The position numbers and the translations under genes are program-made. The notes beneath the pieces are model-generated. The model worked only from the letters and a program-made list of their open reading frames with translations, was not told the DNA's origin and ran no database searches. Source: the human T2T-CHM13v2.0 reference genome, Homo sapiens. From it: DNA of 64,000 bases. Shown one piece after another: positions 1 through 13,147 of the stretch (position 1 is the stretch's first letter; each line of letters starts with the position of its first letter). Location of the stretch: assembly GCF_009914755.1 (NCBI RefSeq), contig NC_060937.1; one strand, given 5' to 3'.

Positions 1-375
1 CTAGATCATGTATGTGAAAGTACTGTGAAATATGCCAACTGCTATACATCAAATGGTTACCTTATTTATATTTTATTTTTAGAAAATCATCAGAAAATCA
101 CCCTGCTGATGGTGTTCCATCTTTCTGTATTCCTGGATTACATTTCCCTTTGGGATTTTGTGTTCAATTAAATACAGGGTAAAATATCTATCTACCAAGG
201 CAGGACATTCTTTGAGCTCTTAGAGAAGAAAGGACTTTTAGTAATAAAGAAAATTTAGAAAATATTAGAAAATAATTTAGAAAAACTGGATGATTTTAGC
301 ATTTAGTAATATGAAGTATCACATTGCAGATTTAAATGTCTGACCTCTAGTGGTTGCAACTTCTTTTTGCAACTG

Positions 376-900
376 TGAACTCAAAATATTGTGATTGATA
401 ATGTTTAAGTTAATTGTCAGTTAAACTATTTAAGAAAAGGGATAAGTAATATTTATAAACGCCACTTACCATTTGTGTGCTTTCCATTCCTTCTAGTAGA
501 TCCAGATTTCTTGGTATCATTTTGCTCAGCTTGAAGAATTTCCTTTTGCATTTCTTACAAAGAGAGTTTCTAGTGACACATTTTCTCAGCTTTTACTTAT
601 TTTTGTTTCATCTAATTTTTAGAAGAATATTTTCTATTCAAGAAAATTCTAGGTTGACTTTTTCTTGTTGGCAGTTATTATAAGTTTTTTTCTTTTATTT
701 TCTGGATTGCAATGTTTCTGATAAAAGTTGACTCTCTTGTCATTTTCCTCTGAATACAGTGTATCTTTATTCCTATGGATTTCTTTTCCATCTCTGGTTT
801 GGGCAGTTTGTCTGTGGTGTGCTGAGATATGGATCTCTTCATATTTATCTTGATTGGGACTTGTGGAGATTCTTGGAACTATTACATAAACTGATGTCAT
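376..900 (-). mobile_element. Ancient L1 (L1M/L1ME/HAL1-like) fragment; left arm of an inverted duplication
   Basis: T-rich degenerate L1 antisense-like sequence. 376-684 is the reverse complement of 1541-1752 plus 2403-2485. Confidence 0.55.
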
Positions 901-1540
901 GAAAATTACAAATACATTTCCCTGGCTTCAAACCTTGGGGCTTTTGTACTCTGTAATTTCTCAGAGAAAAATAATAGTGATACTACAATGGCATTTACAG
1001 GCTTTTCAAGGCCCTGACAGGGTGTGTACAGGTCAAGGAATTTACAGAGATGTGACTTTTTCTTGTGAAATGGGTATTCATGTAAAAGCGGCTGGAGATT
1101 GTTTTTTAAGTTTCAGGTGATTTAAAACCAGAGCCAGTTGTGAAAGCAATTTGAGGGACTAAACTAAGAGTCGACTTTCAATTTGAATATCAACCACACT
1201 CAAAAAGACATAGGGACCCAGTTTTCTTTGTTTTGATCTAAATCGCCATGGGGAAAAAAAAAAGGAAAAGAACTTCATTCCCTGGTCTTACAAAAACCAA
1301 AACTAGAGCACTCACTTTAAGTCTGAGGGCTGGGAAAATTAACCATGACACCAAGTATACTAATTTAATTTGTCCATGTCCATGCCCTGATGTGGAACTC
1401 AAAAAGGCCATTGACAATCAGAAAAATCAAACAGCCTAAACTAGAGAAAATTTGATATGAAAAGATGGAGTAAATAATTAATTACATAGGAATTATCACT
1501 AATAAATTCTGTTGTGTACATGTCAGTGGCTCTTCCAACA

Positions 1541-2485
1541 TCTATAATAACTACTGATAAGTAAAAGAGTCAACCTAGAATTTTTCTTGAATAGAAAAGA
1601 TTCTTCTAAAAATTAGATGAAGCAAAAATAAATAAAAACTGAGAGAATGCATCATTAGTGACTAACGGAAATTCTTCAGACTCAGCAAAATGACAACAGG
1701 AAATCTGGACTTACTAGTAAGAGTGGAAAGCACAGAAATGGTAAATAGTAGGTTTTTTTGTTTTTTATTTTGTTTGTTTTTTGTTTTTTGAGATGGAGTC
1801 TTGCTCTGTCGCCCAGGCTGGAGTGCAGTGGTGCAATCTTGGCTCACTGCAACCTCTGCCTCCTGTGTTCAAGCAATTCCCCTGCCTCAGCCTCCTGAGT
1901 AGCTGGGACTATAGGCACGCGTCACAACACCTGGCTAATTTTTTTGTATTTTAGTAGAGACGGGGTTTCACCATGTTGGCCAGGATGGTCTTGATCTCCT
2001 GACCTCGTGATCTGCCCGCCTCAGCCTCCTAAAGTGCTGGGATTATAGGCATGTGGCACCGTGCTCAGCCTCTCCTGTGATTTATTTTCAAAATCCTTCC
2101 ATTTTAAATTCTGGAACAACTATTTATTTACTTATTTCATGGTAAAAAGTATTAGTTTTAAATAATCACCTTCTACTTTGAAAATAATTATGAACAGTTT
2201 TCCATACCTGAAACCTTGGTTCTCTCCTGAGAAAACCACGTCTCCATGTAGCCCTGACTTGTGGTTGTGGTTTACTGTCCAGATTCCATGTATCTGGAGA
2301 GCAAGAGGGGAGGATGGAAGCTGAATCTTTTTATACTTTCAGTATGCCTTTCCCAAAGTGCTGGGATTACAGGTGAGAGCCACCACACCCATCTAATAGT
2401 AGGTGTTTATAAAATACTGCTTATTCCTTTTCTTAAACAGTTTCAAAGACAAACCACCATTAATCACAATATTTAGAATTGATGA
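1541..2485 (+). repeat. Right arm of the inverted duplication, interrupted by a composite Alu insertion (1753-2394)
   Basis: agtcaacctagaatttttcttgaatagaaaagattcttctaaaaattagatgaa matches the reverse complement of 606-659. Homology resumes after 2403. Confidence 0.85.
1753..2394 (-). mobile_element. Composite AluS: full Alu (1753-2070), captured unique DNA (2071-2352) and a second Alu 5' end (2346-2394)
   Basis: TSD aatagtagg at 1744-1752 and 2395-2403 flanks the whole unit. Confidence 0.9.
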
Positions 2486-3659
2486 CTATAAGTAAAAGTA
2501 AAATTACAGACATCACAAATGATGTAGGATTAATGGATGTTTACTATTGATTAAACTTAATAATTGTAGGGACTTTATACTTACATAGGGAAGAAAATGT
2601 TTTTTACCATCATCCAGCTAATTTGGACTCTAATGTATTGTTATAGGAATTGTCTACATCACTGGTTGTCAAATCTAACTGCACATTAGGATGGTCGGAA
2701 AGAGCTTTTAAAAATACAGATAGCCATGCAAGGCCATCAATCAAGAAAAAAATAAATCAGTACTTCCCCAGGAAACAAAAACCAGACAGGACTTGGAACC
2801 ATTGGTTTAGGTAATCATGACAAAAAGTGTATCAGTTGGAGTTTGTTGTTTCTTTTCACTTATTTCTATTCATTTCTCCAAACAAATGCTTTCAGCTACT
2901 GTTTTTTTTTAGCACGTAAAAATCTCCGGAGGAGATAAAATATTTAGAACTCAAGATAAAGACTGTGTTTTTAAAGGTTAATTCAAAGTGAAGCAATTAG
3001 ATTAGATTATTCTTAGGATCTTTTTTTTTTTCAATTCAAGCAGTGTTTTCTAATTTCACACAACTGAAACCTATGAAAGTGAGATGGACAATGTTTGGAG
3101 TTAGCCTATGGAATGGTGTTCCTCCAAGTCATCAAATCTACAGCATAGAAAGGGTAAAAGCCTGGGTTGAAAAATTCCTACTGAGTAGATTCTCAGAGAC
3201 CAGCAGAGACACTCTTCTTCATCCTTCTAACATCTTCCAACTACTTGATGATGGCTGAAATTCCACTCTATGGAAGACATTATTTTAAAGAATTTCATCT
3301 GTTAAGGTACACCTTTCCTGAAAAGCAGTAGTAACTCTTTAATCTGTCATCAGCTGTTTATTTTTTAAGGTTAAAATGAGTTTATGGTCCTCCTGTCTGA
3401 GATCAGATTCTGCTAGAAAAAGCTACGGAAAACCCTGAGCAAACTTGTTTTAAAGTTTGTACCATGGGGTCTTTCCCTTAGCAAAGATTATTTTATCCTT
3501 AATTCTCTTCTTTCATTTTTCTCTATGATCTTTCTATCTGATCATTCTTTCACAGATACTTATACATTCCCATTAACGTTTAAAGGGAAGTTTGGATCTT
3601 AGCAAAAGTAAAAAGACTTAAAAAAATTAACAATTAAAGACATGAGGCCAAGAGAGAGA

Positions 3660-3850
3660 CAGTGCTGTATATTTTAAAGAGGCTGTTACTTTGGCAATCA
3701 GACGGCTTGGGCTGAACCCTGAACTTTCCAGTCATCAGCTGTGAGATCATTGGGAAATAGCTTGACTTCCCCTTGCCTCAATTTCCTTAGCTGAATAATC
3801 AGCTAACAATATCTGTCCGTTCAATTCCTCAGACATGTTTTAAGACTTAT
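3660..3850. mobile_element. MIR SINE
   Basis: Degenerate MIR core (cagctgtgagatcattgggaaatagcttgacttccccttgcctcaatttcc). Confidence 0.6.
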
Positions 3851-4345
3851 TTATGAAGGAGGAGAGAGGTTTTAAGTAAATGTCCAAATGGAATAAATCT
3901 CATATCTTGTCAAAGTTGACAGAACTGAGTATCACTATAGAAATTACAAAATTTGTATTGATTTATGTCAAGTTAGGCCTTTAAAAGTCACTAAGCAATA
4001 CCCACTTTTCAGTCTTTATAGGAATAATGATTGACCTCAAGAAACTGTTGTACGATAACACCAAAAATAACAGTGCTAACACCCAGAGTTATTTTTTGTT
4101 GAAGATGGAGTGGGCTGTGTGCAAAACTGTGTTTTAAACTACAAAGCGGAGAGAGGAAGGAAATATAAAGTTATAGGATTAAGACACCTCTGTGGGGAGA
4201 AAACCATGTAGAGGTACCTGCTCAAACTATTCAGAAAATGAACTCTGGGGAGATAATGGAACTTCTCTAAATTAAAATGAAAAAGGACATATCTAAAATA
4301 TTACTCAAATGTATAAGGATGATATACAATAACTTTCCATATATC

Positions 4346-4425
4346 AAACTCTTGGCCTCAAATGATCCACCTGCCTTGGCCTCCTATAGTGCTGGGATTA
4401 CAGGTGTGAGCCATTATGCCTGGCC
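4346..4425 (-). mobile_element. Alu left-monomer 5' fragment (AluJ/FLAM-like)
   Basis: cctcaaatgatccacctgccttggcctcctatagtgctgggattacaggtgtgagccattatgcctggcc. Confidence 0.9.
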
Positions 4426-5139
4426 TTAAATTGAACTTTCAAAATCCCTTTTTAGTATTTTCTCTAGAAAGGTGCAAGATCTTTTGTTGTTATTTTTGTT
4501 TTTTGATTGTTTATGTTTGGCTGCCAGAAGACACAGAAAGTTGCTACCGACAAAAGTAAAGAGCATCTTACAGAGTTTCAGTTCTGCTGATATGTCCTGA
4601 AAAAGCAACTATGGCTTTGTACCCTTATTACCATGTACAAATGCACTGTCCAAAAAGGAGTTTTGGATTCTTTTGCATAGTGACTTCAAGGGTAAACCTT
4701 TACATAACTTCATTATGTGGTTGCGCGAAATTATAGCTTAGGGTTTCTGCTTATAGTCTTTGCACATCTTATCTATATGCTACTGGGGCTTATAGAGAGA
4801 AAAGTAATCCTATGACTATGTCAAGATCAGTGTTGCTATTCCTGTTGGGGATCATGTTACCATAGTAATATATTCCCTGAGGCTTAGAAAAGACTTATTT
4901 TGCTTAAGTGCTATTTTTATTTTATTCAAAATGAAGTAGAGATAAAATCATAAAAAGGTTTTTCTGTTGCCCCTAGATTTAATGCCGATTTCAAGCAGAA
5001 GGATAAAAAGTAATCAATGCATATCTGTTTAGCAACTTTCTTTTATCTATGTGCTGGCTTCTCAGGCCAGCGTTATGATGTGAATGATGAGGAGAATGGA
5101 AATTAGTTTCTGTGTTTATTTTATTTTCCCTTTTGATTT

Positions 5140-5545
5140 GTGGTTTTTCTGCAAAGGAGGAGGATCAACTCCACTCCTCAAAATTTGGAATGAATTTCAA
5201 GACTGATGATGCCAGGCATATGTAAAGAAAGTCTAGAGATTTACTACTCTCTTAATAACGCCTTCTCTAGAGAGCAGGATGGGCTCCCAGGAAGGTTCAA
5301 ATGTGGCTTGACAGATCAGGAGGAGAGGGACTGACTTAGGCTTTTATAGGAGTTAAAGTCCTTGGTCTAGGTGAGGGGTCTTGCACAAGAGTGTGGGTTT
5401 GCTTGGTTTGAGCTTCCCACCAGTGCTGAAAAAGGGAGTGTGTGTGGGCTTTCCTAATGGCTTGTCTAGATGTGAGGTGAGAGAGGAAAAGGAGTGGGGC
5501 TTGAAAGCTGTTAGAGGTCAGATATCGAAAATAGACCACTCACCA
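5140..5545 (-). mobile_element. ERVL-type LTR (MER76-like)
   Basis: gagagcaggatgggctcccaggaaggttcaaatgtggcttga...gactgacttagg resembles the MER76 consensus as I recall it. Confidence 0.45.
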
Positions 5546-6341
5546 TTTTTTAATAACACCTTTATTATCGAAGCAGATTGTAAAGACATGAGTGAAATTT
5601 TTGTATACAAATATACATACAAATATGTACAGGTGTGTTTATGTATACATGTGAATTCAGATATCAATAAAATAAAATGACAACTTTTACTCGCTAGAGG
5701 TCCCATGCATCATTGGAATGGTTACTATGGAGCTGTCCTGGGATACTCTTCTATAGCAATAGTGAAGACAGGTGAGGAATAACCTAATTTTGAGCAGCAC
5801 GTCCTCCTTTCCTACTCTTTTTCCTGCCCCTCCTTCCTTTTTCTTAGTGGAATTTGTGGATGGGAGGTAATGATATTCTTTAGTTCATGGAATATTATCA
5901 GTATAGAAAAGTTAAGCCTCCTCACTTGTTCTATTTCATTATTATTTTCTTTTTTCTATAAAACTCACTGCACAAGGCGTTTCTCTTCTTCCTATAGAAA
6001 CTCAGTTGATTGTAAATACATGTGTGTGGTAGAAAAAAATGTATTTTTTTGTGTGCATATTATGAGTTTACACAAATAATATTTTGCTATAGATAATGCA
6101 TATTTTACTCAATATTACACATTAAAATTTATCCATGTAGCTATATGCAGATTGTTTAATATGTCAGACTGCTGCATAACATCCAAATATATGCTTTCGG
6201 AACATTGTAGATATCCGATCCCTTAGTGATAGATGGCTAGAAATCTGTTCTGTATCCTGTGCTCTTTCTATAATGTCCTGAACTACCATTATGTCCCCAA
6301 TCCTCCACTTAAAAGTAAACGCATTTTTTTCTCCAAGGATC

Positions 6342-6366
6342 GTGTGTGTGTGTGTGTGTGTGTGTG
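6342..6366. repeat. (TG)n microsatellite
   Basis: Direct reading. Confidence 0.95.
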
Positions 6367-8166
6367 CATGCACTACATTCTAGCATCCTTCAACCTCTCT
6401 CTTGCTTATGTGGCATCTGTAAGTTGAGTTTAGGTAAGAGAGCCACTAGCCCAGGTTTGTTTATTATAGTTTTTTGTATCTCAACGCACTGTGAAACACT
6501 TAATTTCATTTCATTAACTACATTTTATTGATAAGGCAACTAAACTCTTGGTGAAAGTAAGTTACAGCAAATCCTATGTGATGAATTGTGAAGTAAAACT
6601 AAACTCTTAGGACCTCTTACAGTGCATTACCTTAGTCAAAATAAGTCTTTAACAACTGAATTGTGACAAATTCAGCTCAATTTTTTATTACAGTCACTAG
6701 TGCTTAGTAGCACCCAGAAGAAGTTCTACGAAGAGACTGAATACTATAAATTATTATTACAAATTCACTTTCAAACTCTCTGAACTTGACTTGGCATGAA
6801 TGCCGTGCCTATTATACCACTACATAGTCTATACACATGGTTTAAATACAGCTAAAAGGTGTTGCCCTACCACAGGATGACATCATGTTCTGAAGAATGC
6901 CAATTAAATCTCATGTAGTATGATATGCCTATAGAGGATTCTCTAAAATATAGCATTTAATCAGTAGTAGATGCCATTCAGTAGCACAATTCCTCAAGGC
7001 TGGTGCTGTGATATAACTTGTGATGCTGGCTTAGGAATCCAGAAGTTTAGATTCCTGTGTTGCTTTTATCTCTAACTTGCGATGCAGCCTTTTAAATATA
7101 GTTTTACTTCACTGAACCTCATTTGAAATTAGACTGCTAGAATAGATTATTTTAAAGATGCCCTCCAACTTGAAATTCTATGTTTATAACACACTGTTAA
7201 TTTAAATAAAATAACAACTCTCAAATATTCCTCTGAATAAGGAATGTAAAAAATTGTTTATATCTTCATTCATGATGGTACAAGATGAAAGTACCAATGG
7301 TTATTTTTGGATAAATATTTTTATAAATGATTATGCCTTTTAGATGTATACCAATTAAAATATTATGACTGCATAATAATATATTAAGTAAGATAATCAA
7401 TTATGATGACAGCATTTTTAGAGATGATAAATTCTAAAATTTATCACTATTACTTCTCTCTGGGTTAAAGAAACAATTTCTGATGCAGGGAACAAGTTTT
7501 ATGATAACAGAAAACAAACAGAAAGTTACTAGCTAAGCAGTTTCACAGAAGTCTCCATATGGGAGGAACAAACAAGATTGATATTGACTTAGCATCTATT
7601 AGGTGAGATTCATTGAACTAGTTGTAAGAGTGAAAGTGGCCTGTCTCCACTGAAGCTGCAGTGGAAGAAGAATCATCTAATCATTTATACATTTCTGAGA
7701 TTCCTTTCAATAGGGGCATTCTCAAATGTAAACCCTGGGTTCTCATGAACAATCATGGACAGAAGAGGGCAGAACTGAAAAACTCAAAGCATGAAATATG
7801 TAGAAGAAAAATGGCAAAGAGTTTGTTTTTAATAGCATACAGTATGTGATCTTCTTCTATAACATTCAAGCATTTGTTATTGAAACAAAGAATTTGTGTC
7901 TCCGCATAGTTCTACTGGCTCTGTGATGTTGGCAACTTTTTAACCATTGTGAAAATCAGTTTCATCATCTTTATGATGGGAATAATAACATATTATTTAG
8001 AAAGTATTAGAGTCAGTATTTGTAAAAAATCTACAGTACCTGAATAATATTTTGTAGCTTTTCTTATATTTAGTGTTAATGTCTGCTATAGGGAATTAAT
8101 AAACAGGGAGAGTGGAAACTCTTAAGTGCATTAGAGTATGTTTATACTATCAGCTGAGTTTGTTGT

Positions 8167-8554
8167 TGATGTGGTTAGGCTTTGTATCCCCACTCAAATC
8201 TCATCATAAATTATAATCCTCATAATCCTTATAATCCCCATGTGTCAAAGGAGAGACCAGGTGGAAGTAATTGGACCATTGGGGGCATTTTCCCCCATGC
8301 TGTTCTCCTGATAGTGACTGAGTTCTCAGGAGATCTGATGGTTTTATAAAGTGCTGTTCCCCTTTTGCTCAGCACTTCTCCTACCTGCCACCTTGTAAAG
8401 AAGGCGCCTTGGTTCTGCTTTGTCTTCTGCCATGATTGTAAGTTTCCTGAGGTCTCCCAGCCATGCTGAACTGTCAGTCAATTAAACCTCTTCCCTTTAT
8501 AAATTTCCTAGTCTCAGGCAGTTCTTTACAGTAGTGTGAAAATGGACTAATATA
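8167..8554 (+). mobile_element. THE1D-like MaLR solo LTR
   Basis: tgatgtggttaggctttgtatcccc...ccatgattgtaagtttcctgagg...ggactaatata. Near-matching 5-bp TSD gttgt/gttgc. Confidence 0.9.
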
Positions 8555-10945
8555 GTTGCCAACGTAGAAATTTCCCCCATTGGGAAAAAATACCTTAGAT
8601 AGTTGCCTCTGGATTTGGAACCAGACTGTGGTTACTTCCTGCCTATGACATAGTCTCACACGCACCAGTGCACAAACTCACACATAGCTATGTTTTCAAA
8701 GGTCAAAATCAGTTTGAAGTTATCCTTCTGCCACTCTGTTCCTGATTGAAACTCATAATTCTTCCTCCTATACTCATGAGTAAAGGGCTTGGAACTTGCA
8801 TTCCTCACATTTTTTCAAGTCTCCTGGTCTCTTCTGTAGAGCAATTCCTTCACAGATGTCATCTGCTTCTTAACAGAGGGTGAGAGGTTGGAAATAAATA
8901 GATTGCTGTTGCAATAGCTTATGCTAGAAGAGTTAAAACTGTGTCAATTGCCATTATTTTTCTACTTGAGTCAAGTCAAAAGAGCATTCTGATACGAGGA
9001 AAAAGCCAGCATTGCTCCTGAGAACTAGTGACCCACGTGGGTGAGAGGATAACAGCAGAGAGTAGTGTCCCTATTTGTTCTCTTTTTACCAGCCAATAGC
9101 CAATTCTGTTCAACAGCTAAAATCACCCATCCCAGGATGTTGCAAGATACAATATTCATCTTATTTTAGAGGCAGGCAAAGGACTGTGTATCAAAAATTT
9201 CATAGCAAATCTTAAAAATGTGGTACTTGGAAAAACAACATTTATGTTTGCTCTCAGCTAAACTGTATGCAACTAACCTTTGTAAAACATCACATTATGA
9301 CAATAGAATCTGCTTTGACTCTATATTGCTGTAATTGCTTCTTTTTTCCCTGCACGCAAAGCTAATTTTGGCTTCCATAGTTTTTGACTTTTTACTTGAT
9401 GCAATTATATACATCACTGACCCAATAATCAAATGATAGAAACCTTTATCAGAGTCTACAATGATTATTGTCGGTGGGGACATGAATCAATGGAATACAG
9501 CACAGATAAGAAAGACAGACAGACAGATGTGAAAAATTAGGGTAGGCACAGCTGGTTAAGACTGTTCTGCCTTTATCAGCTGAAAACACAAGATTCAAAA
9601 ACATCTTTAATAAAAAATGCACATACTGTCACATCATATTCCAGTTTTATTTCGTAGATAACTACCTAAGCTAATTTCAGGATGGATTTCTTTAGACTTT
9701 TATGGTGTCTGTACACGTAGATGCTCTGTAAAGGCAGAAAGCAATAAAAGAAAAATCTTTTTTGTTTGTTTTTATAAACAAACAATGGTTCTCTGACAGG
9801 TTCTCTAATGTGAGAGGAAACAATTAATTATGATAGTAATTGTATGTTTAAGAGACAATAGCTTAGTATTTCTAATTTCCTCGTAATTTTATTTTTAGTA
9901 TAATATAATAGGTAAGTGCAAACAATGTAACTCCAGCTAGCTGAAACATGAGGATCTGTAAAAAAGAAAGAACACCGTATCTCTCAATTTACCATGACTG
10001 AAAGAACCAGCCCAAATAGATTGTTCAGAAAGTCAGCTTGCATTATAAATGAAGCTCAGTGTATTCTGCCTTTCTTTTCTCTCTTACTGTCAAAGACTAT
10101 GATATAACCAAAACAACATGAGCTTCAGAATTTAAAATATCCAAGTTCAAATGCCAGCTCCACTAGCTTTTAGCTGTGAGTCACTTGCAGAAATTACGTA
10201 AACTCTCTTTTAAGTGAAATGGGAATGAAGTTTATCAGATTGAATTCTTATGAAAATTATGCTGAGGTAAAGTGTTTATTCTAAGAGGAGTTAATTTTTC
10301 TTCTGTCTTCATCCTCCTACCCCCCATTACCTTTTGACTTTTATCTTCTTTTCCTCCTTCCTTTTGAAGTGAGATACTTAATGTTAAAATCTATCACATT
10401 CCACAAACATGTCATTTGACTTTGGGTATAATACTAACTTTTCTCAATCTTTTTTCTTCACTGAGAAAACTGTGAAACTGTAAACTATTAATAAACTTTA
10501 TGAGTTACATTAAATAAAATATGTCTGAAAATCTCTCAAATGAATGTTCAAAAAAGTACTTCTTTGTTAAATTTTCTATGAAATTTATAATTTTAGGTAA
10601 CCACTGAGTTTATAGACATTTTATTATTCCTATTTCTTTGACTTGATAGAGGAAATCAGAATGGCAGGTGAAATGGTAGTATGAGAAAAATTTCAAAAAC
10701 TTTATTCAAAAATATTTGTTAGGTATACACTAAAACCCCAGGACTTTTATAGACACTGCAAATATAATCATAAACAAGATGGGTAAATCTCCTGCCCTTC
10801 TAGAGAATATTTCAGAGAGAGAGGCAGAAAATACACAGAGAAGCAACACATAAGTTTCTGGTTAAGAAAAATGTTAGATAGTCTGATGATTTTTAAATAC
10901 TGTCATAAAAATTGAGAGCTGGAAATTACCTTTAACAACCTTGTA

Positions 10946-11318
<373 letters not shown>

Positions 11319-11713
11319 TCAGCAAATCTCGATTTTTTCTTTCTTAGTTTTAAGCAATAATTCTCAAGCTACTGTTGATTTCACTTACTGTTTTTATTCA
11401 ACAAATGAATAAATCTATCGCTACTTAGGACTCCTGGTTAGAATCATAATCTCTAATTAAAAACCCATCACATGCCATCTCACCTGGGTTAAGATTCCCT
11501 CGGAAACACAATCAAAATTGAGATTGATTTTTCCCAGACAGAAAAGTAATAAAAATAATGTTTCCACTTTCTCCCCAAGTGCACCAAGAATGTGAGAAAC
11601 CAAGTATTTTGGTAAACCTTGAAACACACCAGACTACTCTGTTTTATATCTTTGTTATATGGTTAATTACCCTTAATGTTATTTTTCCAGTCATCTATTT
11701 TTCCTGTGATTTC

Positions 11714-12017
11714 TTTCTTTCTTTTTTTTTTTTTTTTCTGAGACGGAATCTCGCTCTGTCCCAGGCTAGAGTGCGATTGCGTGATCTTGGCTCACTTCAA
11801 CCTCTGCTTCCCGAGTTCAAGCTATTCTCATGTCTTAGCCTCCCAGATAGCTGGGATTACAGGCACCCACCACCATGCCTGGCTAATTTTTATATTTTTA
11901 GTAGAGACAGGGTTTTACCATGGTTGGCCAGGCTGGTCCTGAACTCTTGACCTCATGATCTGCCCACCTCAGTCTCCCAAAGTGCTGGGATTATAGGCAT
12001 GAGGCACCGTGCCGGCC
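11714..12017 (-). mobile_element. AluS
   Basis: Full antisense Alu. TSD tcctgtgatttc/tcctatgatttc at 11702-11713 and 12021-12032. Confidence 0.95.
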
Positions 12018-12744
12018 CTCTCCTATGATTTCTTTTCAAAATCTTTCCATTTTAAATTCTGGAACAACTATTTATTTGCTTATTTCATGGTAAAAACTAT
12101 TAGTTTTAAATAATCACCTTCTACTTTGAAAATAATTTTGAACAGTTTTCCATACCTGAAACCTTGGTTCTCTCCTGAGAAAACCACCTCCCCATGTAGC
12201 CCTGACTTGTGGTTGTGGTTTATTGTCCAGATTCCACGTATCTGGAGAGCAGGAAGATGGAAGCTGAATCTTTTTATATTTTCAATATGCCTTTCACCGT
12301 ATTGCTCTTCTACCCTGTAAATCTAATGTTAACTTACTCTAATCTATGTTGTTCTTCTTTATTTCTGCTGTTCCCCAAGAAATTCTATCTTTATATTATT
12401 TGACCTCTTGAAGCTCTGTCAATGTAAGCTACTTTCTCTTGAGAGAGTTTTCTTTCTTGCATTTCAATATTTTCTACTATCTCACTGGCTACAGTTACCT
12501 AGATTGTTTGGTTATTTCCTTTCACATTGTTTATTCCTTGAACTACACATCTACCCAGGCTACAGACCTGAGTATTCTACTTGACTTCTCCATTTTTCTT
12601 AGCTAACCATCAGCTTGAGTTGGTCTTTCAAATCAAGCACTAGGATATACATAAGTTTAATTGGCACATGTAAACTTCAGAATTGGATATAAGCTTACTT
12701 GATATTATTTGTGATCCTCTTAATTTTGTGTGTGTTTAGTAACT

Positions 12745-13147
12745 ACTTGAACTGACAGTCCTCTCCAAAGACTCATGTTGAAACTTAATCCCACGTGTGG
12801 CAGTATTTAGGGATGGGGCCCTTAAGAGGTGATTGGATCATGAGGACTTTGCCCTCATGAATGGGTTAATCCATTTATGAATCAATAGGTTAATGGGTTA
12901 TCATGGGAATGAAACTGGTGGCTACATAAGAAGGGGGAGAGCAACCTGAGCTAGCACACACAGCCCTCTCACCATGTGATACCTTGCGCTGTCTCAGAAT
13001 CCCCACCAGCAAAAAGGCTCTCGCCAGATGCAACCCCTTGACCTTGGACTTCTCAGCTTCCATAATTGTAAGAAATAAATTCATTTTACTTATAAATTAC
13101 ACAGTTTCAGGTATTCTACTATAAGTAGCATAAAATGGACTGAGATA
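12745..13147 (+). mobile_element. MSTC-like MaLR solo LTR
   Basis: ctcatgttgaaacttaatccc...gccctcatgaatgggttaatcc...accttggacttctcagcttcc...aaatggactgagata. Confidence 0.85.
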
